This document shows positions 10,575 to 18,005 of a DNA stretch of 24,000 nt, piece after piece (the stretch's first letter is position 1; each line of letters opens with the position of its first letter). Made by a program: the position numbers and the translations under genes. This DNA comes from Coleofasciculaceae cyanobacterium. GTDB lineage: Bacteria; Cyanobacteriota; Cyanobacteriia; Cyanobacteriales; Coleofasciculaceae. The notes under the pieces are model-generated. The model saw only the letters and a list, made by a program, of their open reading frames with translations. It was not told the DNA's origin and ran no database searches. The stretch is taken from NCBI GenBank assembly GCA_036703315.1, contig DATNPH010000003.1, positions 8,141 to 32,140 of the forward strand. The letters run 5' to 3'.

Positions 10575-10680
10575 ATGCCCCCTAAATCCCCCCATTCTAG
10601 GGGACTATAATTCTTATTCCCCGCAGAATTGGGGTGTAGAGAAAACTCAAGATTATTGCTCCCCTCCTTGGAGGCAAGGT
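10575..10680. repeat. Short C-run/G-run dispersed-repeat-like sequence in the clpB-uppP intergenic region
   Basis: CCCCCTAAATCCCCCCATTCTAGGGGACT ... CCCCGCAGAATTGGGG is the typical palindromic cyanobacterial repeat style. It is called on appearance only. Confidence 0.4.
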
Positions 10681-10802
10681 TAGTTAATTAACCTTGTAAT
10701 TTTTCCTGGTGACCTTGTTAATCTATTGAAACTTAGGCTAGGCTGCGGCAAACGAGGAGCATCAAGGTGTCATTACAACTCACAGTATACGAGAGTTAAC
10801 AG

Positions 10803-11744
10803 ATGAACTTCTTGGGATTAAACCTAGATCTGTCAGTAAGCCTGCGATGGACTGATGTCATGAGTGCGTGGAGTGCTTTGGTTGCAGCGACAGATGCTCA
10901 GGCGGTTAACGCATCTTCTGAGGTTAGTCCACTGCAAAGCCTTCTCGAAGCGAGCGTGTTAGGTCTCGTGCAGGGAATCACTGAGTTCTTGCCGATCAGC
11001 AGTACAGCGCATCTGCTGGTCTTCACTAAAGTCCTAGGCTGGGAAGCCTTGGGACAAAAGTATTTTGTAGACGCCATTCAATTCGGCAGCGTCATCGCCG
11101 TGGTGTGGTATTTCTGGTCAGACATTCGCCAGATTTTGACTGGAGGATGGGTAGCCTTGCGCCAGCGAGCTTGGGAGCGGGACGAGTGGAAAGTCTTAGT
11201 AGGAATCGCGGTTGGAACGGTTCCCTCATTGGTTGGCGGTTTTCTGCTTAAAGATAAGCTACCAGAGAGTATGGCAATCATTGCCACTTTGTCAATCGTC
11301 ATGGCATTACTGCTGGGACTGGCAGAGCAGATTGGCAGTCGTAAGCGTGGCTTTGATTCCCTCCAGATTAAGGACGGTATCCTGGTTGGGCTAGGTCAAA
11401 TGTTTGCCCTATTTCCAGGTGTGTCGCGGTCTGGCTCAACGTTAACAACATCATTATTCTTGGGACTGGAGCGGCAAACAGCAGCAAAGTTTTCTTTTTT
11501 GCTGGGTCTCCCCACATTGACTATTGCCACTTTGTACCAAGCGAGAAAAGCGTTTGGCAACACCGACATGCTGCTCCCCCTGCTGGTAGGGATTGTCTCA
11601 ACCTTCATCTTCTCTTACTTATCAATTGCTTGGCTGCTGCGCTATTTGCAGCGTCAGAACACTTGGATCTTCGTCTGGTATCGGCTGGCGTTCGGGGTGA
11701 CGATTCTAGCAGCGATCGCCACAGGCTGGCTGAGGAACAATTGA
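10803..11744 (+). CDS. uppP: Undecaprenyl-diphosphate phosphatase (UppP/BacA)
   Basis: It has the signature GITEFLPISSTAHL and a later PGVSRSGSTL motif, and is polytopic. The true start may be the ATG at 10860 rather than 10803. Confidence 0.9.
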   Translation: MNFLGLNLDLSVSLRWTDVMSAWSALVAATDAQAVNASSEVSPLQSLLEASVLGLVQGITEFLPISSTAHLLVFTKVLGWEALGQKYFVDAIQFGSVIAVVWYFWSDIRQILTGGWVALRQRAWERDEWKVLVGIAVGTVPSLVGGFLLKDKLPESMAIIATLSIVMALLLGLAEQIGSRKRGFDSLQIKDGILVGLGQMFALFPGVSRSGSTLTTSLFLGLERQTAAKFSFLLGLPTLTIATLYQARKAFGNTDMLLPLLVGIVSTFIFSYLSIAWLLRYLQRQNTWIFVWYRLAFGVTILAAIATGWLRNN

Positions 11745-11844
11745 GAAGAAGTTTAGCTATTAATTCAAGTTACTAGTACTACAGCCGCTGAAATCCAAAT
11801 AATCTGCTCTACAAATTATGCAGATTGTATTGGAGAGTAAGGGC

Positions 11845-12831
11845 CTAAAAATTCTCTCCATCAAAATGAATCAGATGATCTGGAGCCTCGGCAATCCAGA
11901 CTTCCGTTTCCCAAGCAATATCTGGAGCAAACTGACGGAAAGTATTACGGTCAAGAAAGGCCGTGACAAAAATAATATCAGCCCTACATTGATCAGTTAG
12001 CTTTTTTAGTTCCAAAAGACGTACAGGAGAAATTGGACCTGAACTATGAACAGCCTCTATGAGGTAGAGCCAATTTCTCTGTTCTGAGTAAGCTATTATA
12101 TCCGGCAATTCACCATAAGACAGCTCAAAAAATCGAAGTGCCTCAAGTCGCTCTTTTTCCAAGTGAAGGAATTTGTTAGCGGTATCACCTACATTCAGCA
12201 CCTCTGCACCATAGCCATAGCGAGGGAGAAATTCCTCGATAACAGCTTTTTGCAATTCATTGTGCTTGCCAGGGCTTAACTCAGAAGTTTTACCAGAAGG
12301 AAAATTAACAGGGATTAAATTCAAGTCTCGCTTACCTGAAAGCTGCTCTTCTAGCGTTACTTTGCTTGCTAAGAACTCTTCAACATCAGCTTTCCAGCTA
12401 CTTGATCCGAAAGCCCTAATCAAAGCAGCATAGTCTGGACTTAATGCAAAAGCTCTTGTCCCATCATTGCGAGCTGCATTAGGATTTGCCGAACTTGCAA
12501 TAATGATTCCTGCTAGGACTATTAATTTTAAATCTTTTCTGCGTATATCATCATAAGAGCTTTCAGATATTTTTTCATTAAAATGGCTGTTCCAGTATCT
12601 AATAATATCTCTAGTTCTAAGAGCATGAGAAGTACCAACCTTTGCCCAATCAGTTTTCGTTTTGACATTGGCTACAGCTAAGAAAGCCATAGCTACCCTT
12701 TCCATTCGCCGTTTACTCATCCCTTCAACAGGTATACCAAACTTAGAAAGAATATATAAAGCTTCATTAATAAGCCTTTGCAGTTGCTTTGGCTTATCGG
12801 ACTCGGTAATATACTGGGGTAGCTCAGGCAT
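11845..12831 (-). CDS. Type II restriction endonuclease, BsuBI/PstI-family-like (328 aa)
   Basis: It lies 10 nt downstream of a C5 methyltransferase on the same strand. The C-terminal block LPDIIAYSEQRNWLYLIEAVHSSGPISP.R..EL......C.A..IFVTAF.DR.TFR.F..DIAWETEVWIAE.PDHLIHF matches my memory of the BsuBI/PstI catalytic domain. The size matches PstI and BsuBI (about 320 aa). The assignment rests on memory, not a search. Confidence 0.65.
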   Translation of the reverse strand: MPELPQYITESDKPKQLQRLINEALYILSKFGIPVEGMSKRRMERVAMAFLAVANVKTKTDWAKVGTSHALRTRDIIRYWNSHFNEKISESSYDDIRRKDLKLIVLAGIIIASSANPNAARNDGTRAFALSPDYAALIRAFGSSSWKADVEEFLASKVTLEEQLSGKRDLNLIPVNFPSGKTSELSPGKHNELQKAVIEEFLPRYGYGAEVLNVGDTANKFLHLEKERLEALRFFELSYGELPDIIAYSEQRNWLYLIEAVHSSGPISPVRLLELKKLTDQCRADIIFVTAFLDRNTFRQFAPDIAWETEVWIAEAPDHLIHFDGENF

Positions 12832-12840
12832 TGATATTAC

Positions 12841-13854
12841 TTAAAAAGGTAATGATAGCTGCAACGGTAAGCTGTTGCTTACTATCTCACTAGCTGATAA
12901 ACGTTTAGTTGATTGCAAATAGTTCCGGACAACTCCAGCTAAATGAAATGCAAATAGTGGTGAAACTGCATTACCCACTTGATTTAAGCAACTTGTTTCT
13001 GTTCCTACGAATTCAAACCAATCTGGAAAACTTTGCAGCCGTGCTGCTTCTCTCAAAACCAGACGCCGCCGCCGTCCATCAGGAAGTTTAATCCGGTGCA
13101 TATCGCCAGTGGCACCCGCCAGGTTCCTACAGGTTAAAGTTCGAGCGGGTTTATCTAGATGAAGATCGCGAGGACGTTTGCACAAAGAAGCTTTTTCATA
13201 CTTGGCTACATACTTATCCATACTAGGTGTCAGAAATTTTGATTCAGGAGGAGCTTGAAAAGCTAGCTCTCCTAATGCTTCACCTACACTAATTTTTCTC
13301 TCTAGTAAATTTGGAAAACTAAAGTGTCCTTTGTGACCCACGACAATAATACGCTCACGATTTTGAGGAACACCAAAGTCAACAGCATTTAATAACTTAA
13401 CCTCGATGACATAACCCAATGCCTGAAGCGCTTGAGTAATTTCATCTAAATACCACTTGTTTCGATAAAGCAGACCGCGAACATTCTCAAAAAACCAAAT
13501 TTCAGGACGAAGTCTCTCTACAGCACTGATGAAAATTGGGAAACCATCCCGTGAATCTCTTAAACCGTTTTGCTTCCCACCTACACTAAAAGGCTGACAG
13601 GGTGGACCACCAATCAGTACAGGTGCAGCAGGTAACTCTGTTTCTGTAGTCAACACTAGCTGAGTACACTTACCTTTTAAGTTTTTTCTATAAGTGGCAC
13701 AGGAATCAGCATCCATTTCAAAGCCATGCGTCTCAAACCCCTGTGCCTCAAACCCCAGTGATAAACCACCGCATCCGACAAAAAGATCTACTACCAGTGG
13801 ACTGCGAGATGGCGCAGGTTTAAGGACTTGGTTGATTTTGTCAACGTAGTTCAT
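12841..13854 (-). CDS. DNA (cytosine-5)-methyltransferase (337 aa)
   Basis: The canonical motifs occur in order: I DLFVGCGGLSLGF, IV GGPPCQPFS, VI FENVRGL, VIII QNRERIIVV, X GNAVSPL. Confidence 0.95.
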   Translation of the reverse strand: MNYVDKINQVLKPAPSRSPLVVDLFVGCGGLSLGFEAQGFETHGFEMDADSCATYRKNLKGKCTQLVLTTETELPAAPVLIGGPPCQPFSVGGKQNGLRDSRDGFPIFISAVERLRPEIWFFENVRGLLYRNKWYLDEITQALQALGYVIEVKLLNAVDFGVPQNRERIIVVGHKGHFSFPNLLERKISVGEALGELAFQAPPESKFLTPSMDKYVAKYEKASLCKRPRDLHLDKPARTLTCRNLAGATGDMHRIKLPDGRRRRLVLREAARLQSFPDWFEFVGTETSCLNQVGNAVSPLFAFHLAGVVRNYLQSTKRLSASEIVSNSLPLQLSLPF

Positions 13855-14020
13855 GTTTAGCCCTAGGGCGGTCGATACTCCTGTTCATGATAAAGCTCTA
13901 CCCCAAGCAGATGTCTTATTGGTTTGTACTTAGTAGCCCCTACTAGGTGTTATCCTAGTGTTGCCTGTGTCACTCTGAGAGCTAACCTCAGAGTGTTTTC
14001 TTAAGATATTAAGGTAGCTT

Positions 14021-14227
14021 ATGAATAGACCCATCACTAATAAAGATGACTTGGAGATACTGATAGATGAGCTAGGACTCAAAACAGTCCTAGCCACAAT
14101 CGCTACTATCTGCCAAGAAAAAGCCGACAAAGCCAAGGTGACCAACGGTTACTACTCCGACCCATGCAGGAATTTCATGCAGGCAGGAGCCAGCATTAGG
14201 GCAGTACTTAGGCGAATTGAGTGCTGA
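14021..14227 (+). CDS. Hypothetical small protein (68 aa)
   Basis: This ORF is divergent from the methyltransferase, with an AAGG 9 nt upstream of its ATG. I recognise no motif, and coding status is uncertain. Confidence 0.4.
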   Translation: MNRPITNKDDLEILIDELGLKTVLATIATICQEKADKAKVTNGYYSDPCRNFMQAGASIRAVLRRIEC

Positions 14228-14341
14228 TATTTGAAGACATCGACGGGACTAAGTAACCCCTACAAAGTCCTGAAACAAAGACTCTGAGCAGGATAAAGCC
14301 TACTCAGGGTATTCTTATGGGGTGTCTAAGTCCTAGTTCAG

Positions 14342-14518
14342 ATGCCTATTGATCGCGAGAAGAATAAGCAACTCAAGGTAACTATACCTAATGACCTCCA
14401 CAGAAAGCTCAAGATCATATCCGAGAGAATAGGTATTCCTATGGCTCAGATGCTCCTACAGTCAGCTGTAGAGAAGTATAGAGAGGAGCTGAAGGAACTG
14501 GACAAAGAAGAAGAATAG
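14342..14518 (+). CDS. Ribbon-helix-helix (CopG/Arc/MetJ-like) DNA-binding protein (58 aa), not in the ORF track
   Basis: Hand translation gives MPIDREKNKQLKVTIPNDLHRKLKIISERIGIPMAQMLLQSAVEKYREELKELDKEEE then a stop. It shows the beta-strand (LKVTIP), helix, G-x-(S/P), helix layout typical of RHH repressors and antitoxins. Confidence 0.65.
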   Translation: MPIDREKNKQLKVTIPNDLHRKLKIISERIGIPMAQMLLQSAVEKYREELKELDKEEE

Positions 14519-14629
14519 GCGTGATTTGGCTCGTATAACCTTTATTGGCTGTAGGAGTATTGTTATATCAGAATAGGGCTTTCAGCTTTTACTTCGTAAA
14601 TCCTCTTATGCCATGTTCTAGATTCTGTT

Positions 14630-15751
14630 ATGGCTAAATATCAATTTTCTCCAATACAAAGAATGGCTATTTGGAAAGCACATAAAGAAAAATGTGCTTA
14701 TTGTGGTGAACTTATACCTTTTAATGATTTAGAGATTGACCACATCTTACCTGAAAGTCTTCTAGACAATCCTGAAAAATTAGAGAAAATCAAACTTGAA
14801 TATGGGTTGGGTTCAGAGTTTGATATTAACAATTACTCTAATTGGCTTCCGAGTTGCAGTAGTTGTAATAATCGTAAGAGAAATAGACCTTTTTCAGAAA
14901 GCTCCACTCGTTTTTATAGAGAAATGGTGGCTAGACCAAAGTATGAAGAAATAAAAAGGATTGAGCAAAATCTCGAAACAAAAATGAAAAAAGAAGGTTT
15001 TTTAACAAAAAGTCAGGCAATTCCGCTTATTGAAGAATATATTAAAGACTTTGTAGTGAATAACCTGATTATTTCACCAGCTACAAAAAGGCGCGATCAA
15101 TGGATTAATGAATACCTATCAAAAGCAGTTCAAACAATTGCCGAAAAAGCCACTCCTTCTGTAGTTGAAAATTTGTCCAATAATGAATTCTTTCTTACAG
15201 TTGTTATACAAGCAACTTCAATAGCACTTCGTAACCATCAAAAAGAAAAACTTAAAGCTTTAAGAAATGTAATTGTTAATTCAATACTTTCAACTTCAGT
15301 CGATGATGATATAAAGCTACTGTTCCTTGACCTAGTTGATGAGTTAAAAATTTCGCAATTGTGTTTATTGTATATGCTTGACGAACCGAGTAATTATAGA
15401 GATAAAGAAGCTATTTCAAAAAATCTAGAAGGTAATAAATACTTATATAGTCAATTCCTGAAACAATTGATAAACAAAGGACTGATATCTTTTGAATCTT
15501 TTTCTAAAGAGATTGAAGAAGCTGTAGGACAATTAGAAAATAACTATAATGCATCTAAACATGGGCGGTATGATTTATTTTCAGTACAATACTTTTCCAA
15601 GGAGAAAACGAGAGACAGCATGAAAGTAATAGAAGAAACAGAAAAAAATGTAGATTTAGCAGTAGTGCTTATAAAAGAGAATAAAAGTTGCACAACAGAG
15701 TTTGGCAGTCTATTTATTCAATTCATTAAATCTCCCCTTGGAGACAGCTAG
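14630..15751 (+). CDS. HNH nuclease domain protein with an uncharacterised helical C-terminal domain of about 270 aa (373 aa)
   Basis: The N-terminal HNH/zinc motif is C-AY-C-G ... LEIDHILPES ... NYSNWLPSCSSCNNRK (CxxC ... DH ... N ... CxxC-N-x-K). The remainder is K/E/N-rich, predicted helical, with no motif I can assign. It is the most AT-rich gene in the window. Confidence 0.8.
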   Translation: MAKYQFSPIQRMAIWKAHKEKCAYCGELIPFNDLEIDHILPESLLDNPEKLEKIKLEYGLGSEFDINNYSNWLPSCSSCNNRKRNRPFSESSTRFYREMVARPKYEEIKRIEQNLETKMKKEGFLTKSQAIPLIEEYIKDFVVNNLIISPATKRRDQWINEYLSKAVQTIAEKATPSVVENLSNNEFFLTVVIQATSIALRNHQKEKLKALRNVIVNSILSTSVDDDIKLLFLDLVDELKISQLCLLYMLDEPSNYRDKEAISKNLEGNKYLYSQFLKQLINKGLISFESFSKEIEEAVGQLENNYNASKHGRYDLFSVQYFSKEKTRDSMKVIEETEKNVDLAVVLIKENKSCTTEFGSLFIQFIKSPLGDS

Positions 15752-15789
15752 AAATACCAAGCCGTAGAGGAAATCATGATATTCAGCGG

Positions 15790-15831
15790 TTCTCCTGCTT
15801 CATAACGCGCAAGAAGTTCTCTAGCATTCAT
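15790..15831 (-). pseudogene. Truncated N-terminus of a pentapeptide-repeat protein gene (14 codons)
   Basis: The minus strand reads MNARELLARYEAGE. This matches the stereotyped cyanobacterial pentapeptide-repeat N-terminus (M..xELLxRYxAGERDFSG...). It then diverges (PLNIMISSTAWYF, stop) exactly where the AT-rich block begins. Confidence 0.5.
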
Positions 15832-16045
15832 ATTCCTGTATTGGTCAGTTTTGGTAAATCAGACTAATCCCAAACTAACACCCTAATGCAAGGTTGGGAT
15901 TTATGGTCTAAGCTCACTTCCGTTGCGCGTTAGCGATGCTTGCTTGCCCCAAGAACCGCTCTAATCAACCAGAGGTTTCTGACAAGGAAGGAGCGATCGC
16001 ACCTGTACCCCATGAGAAAATTAGATTAACAACCGCCAAACAGCC

Positions 16046-16609
16046 ATGATGCCTGCATCGGTTAAACCCCTCACCCTTGAAGAATTTCTCAAGCTTCCTT
16101 ATATCGAGGAATCTCCTGCATGGGAGTACATTAATGGGGATGCGATGCAAAAGCCGATGCCAAAAACTAGGCACTCTATCTTACAAAAGCGGCTACTCGC
16201 TGTCATCGATAGTCACACGGAGGACTATACGGCACTTCCTGAACTTCGTTGTACATTTGGGGGGCGTTCTGTTGTGCCTGATGTTGCAGTGGTGGCATGG
16301 AACCGAATTCCGTTGGATGAGGAGGGAGAGCCAGAAGACAATTTTGTCCAACCCCCAGATTGGACAATTGAGATTCTCTCACCCGAACAGAATGCTAACC
16401 GGGTTATTGACAACATCCTGCATTGTCTGCGACATGGCTGTCAGTTAGGGTGCCTCATCGATCCGGACGATCGCTCTATCCTTACATTTAGACCCAAGCA
16501 AGAACCTGAAGTATATAGAGGAAACGATCGCTTGCAACTTCTTGAAGGAATCGAGTTAGAGTTAACGGCAGATCAAGTTTTTGGGTGGTTGAAGATTGGT
16601 AGAAGTTGA
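16046..16609 (+). CDS. Uma2-family (DUF820) putative endonuclease
   Basis: It has the typical pattern LTLEEFLKLP......EYINGDAMQKPMP...HS..Q..L...I........ELRC.F....VVPDVAV........PPDWTIEILSP, the PD-(D/E)xK-like core of the cyanobacterial Uma2 family. Confidence 0.85.
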   Translation: MMPASVKPLTLEEFLKLPYIEESPAWEYINGDAMQKPMPKTRHSILQKRLLAVIDSHTEDYTALPELRCTFGGRSVVPDVAVVAWNRIPLDEEGEPEDNFVQPPDWTIEILSPEQNANRVIDNILHCLRHGCQLGCLIDPDDRSILTFRPKQEPEVYRGNDRLQLLEGIELELTADQVFGWLKIGRS

Positions 16610-16795
16610 TTAGACCAATGTGTACATAGCAATGCGATCGCTCTCATGTGTTTTGCCTACTCTAAAAAAGACTAGCTGCTAAGCCTAATACTTTCAGATA
16701 AGCGAATCACTATCAGGGGATAGAGGACACTGAATCTTTGCTGTTTATAGAGTAGGTGTAGGTTAATCAGAAACTATAGAAGTCAACCGAAACTT

Positions 16796-17590
16796 ATGGC
16801 AGTACAAGGCAGAGAACGTTCATACACCGACCAAGTGAGTGAAGCGATCGCTACAGCAACTCAAATGGCTGCTACTGTGGCTAAGTTGGCTTCTGGCGTA
16901 GCGCACATTGCTGCTGATGAGATTACAGGTACTACTACGGTTGTCGGGAAAACAGTTGTACCTGCGGCTCAGCAATTTGTGGAGCAGGGAACCGAAACTG
17001 TAGGCAAATTCGTCACTCCCATCGCTGAGAATCCGCTAATTAAGTTTGGTGCAAAACTTCCAGGCATCAACGTGCTATTGGCTGCGCTTGGTCAGGTTGA
17101 TGTGGAGAAGGCTCACAGTGAGGTAGACAAGTTACGACAGCAATACCCTCTAGAAACACCTGAACAACTTGCTCACCGAATTATTGTCGATACCGCTCTG
17201 AAAGCTGGAGGGATTGGACTACTGACTAACTTTGTGCCTCCTTTGGCGCTAACACTATTTGCGATCGATATAGCGGCGGTTACAGCACTCCAAGCCGAGA
17301 TGGTCTATCGTATTGCTGCTGCTTATGGATTTTCACTGAAAGACTCAACGCGACGAGGCGAAGTTCTAGCAATTTTCGGATTATCTCTAGGAGGTTCCGG
17401 AGTCCTCAAAGGTGGACTGAGCATTGTGGAACTCCTGCCTGTAATCGGTGCGGTGGTTGGAGCGTCTTCTAACGCGGCTCTACTTTACTCAGTAGGATAC
17501 GTTGCCTGCCGATTCTATGAGGCAAAGAAAAACTCTGCTAGGCAAGCAGATGCAAGTAGCTTTTGGACTAATCCCAACTCCCAGAACTAA
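16796..17590 (+). CDS. EcsC-like / DUF697-like protein (264 aa)
   Basis: The C-terminal half PPLALTLFAIDIAAVTALQAEMVYRIAAAYGFSLKD....EVLAIFG, plus glycine-rich hydrophobic segments, resembles the EcsC family as I recall it. This is a tentative family call. Confidence 0.5.
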   Translation: MAVQGRERSYTDQVSEAIATATQMAATVAKLASGVAHIAADEITGTTTVVGKTVVPAAQQFVEQGTETVGKFVTPIAENPLIKFGAKLPGINVLLAALGQVDVEKAHSEVDKLRQQYPLETPEQLAHRIIVDTALKAGGIGLLTNFVPPLALTLFAIDIAAVTALQAEMVYRIAAAYGFSLKDSTRRGEVLAIFGLSLGGSGVLKGGLSIVELLPVIGAVVGASSNAALLYSVGYVACRFYEAKKNSARQADASSFWTNPNSQN

Positions 17591-17599
17591 TTTCCAGAA

Positions 17600-17915
17600 G
17601 ATTGAAGAAGACAGAGGGCAGAAGAAGGAAGGCAGAAGGGGGGATTGTTTCCCCCACTCACTCCCAGCCACTGAATACCTTCAGTGGGGGATTGTAACCC
17701 TTGATCCAAATCCTTCGCCAGAAGCCTTTCTTGTTCAATAGACTTCTTGCAAAAGTCCATAAACCCCACTCCCCGCAAGCCGGAAGGGTAAAAAGGCTTG
17801 TTCCCTCCCCGTTGGCCTACTGGGTTCGTTGCTCAACCCAGCCTAACCGTGAGTTCCAGCAGTTTTCAGGTTCGTGTACCACAGGGTAAGGGCGCAAGGC
17901 CTTGTGCCCCTACAA
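17600..17915. repeat. Cluster of short hairpin/dispersed-repeat-like sequences
   Basis: The hairpins are GGGGGA-TTGTT-TCCCCC (about 17638-17654), CCACTGAA-TACC-TTCAGTGG (about 17668-17687) and GGGCGCAAGGCCTTGTGCCC (about 17889-17908). There is also a TTGCTCAACCCAGCCTAAC-type motif. The track ORFs here are probably artefacts of the repeats. Confidence 0.45.
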
Positions 17916-18005
17916 CTCCTGCAAGAGCACCGAGTTGAAAAATCCTATCAGTTGGGTCTTTGCATCGGTGTGTTCATTTGCTAGCTCTCCAATTAGTGTG
18001 TCTGC

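Noticed and set aside
11078-11608. Three short ORFs inside or antisense to uppP
   Set aside because: They are nested in a confidently identified CDS.
11801-11826. Hairpin AATCTGC-(12 nt)-GCAGATT between the convergent uppP and endonuclease genes, read as a bidirectional terminator
   Set aside because: The stem is short and AT-rich, the loop is large, and no flanking U-run is present. The evidence is too weak to call.
13971-13995. Perfect 9-bp hairpin followed by TTTTCTT, read as a rho-independent terminator on the plus strand
   Set aside because: No plus-strand gene ends upstream of it. It lies in a divergent promoter region 26 nt before an ATG, so an operator or regulatory role is more plausible (reported as a finding).
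13930-14145. 71-aa minus-strand ORF overlapping the 68-aa plus-strand ORF
   Set aside because: Its Ser-rich, low-complexity product runs into the methylase promoter region. Neither ORF is strongly supported, and the plus-strand one fits the downstream operon orientation better.
15965-16448. ORFs 15965..16174 (-), 16077..16448 (+) and 16225..16416 (-) overlapping the Uma2 gene
   Set aside because: They are alternative frames of a well-supported CDS.
17489-17889. Four 60-79-aa ORFs downstream of the EcsC-like gene
   Set aside because: They traverse hairpin and dispersed-repeat sequence. They overlap each other on both strands and have no motifs.
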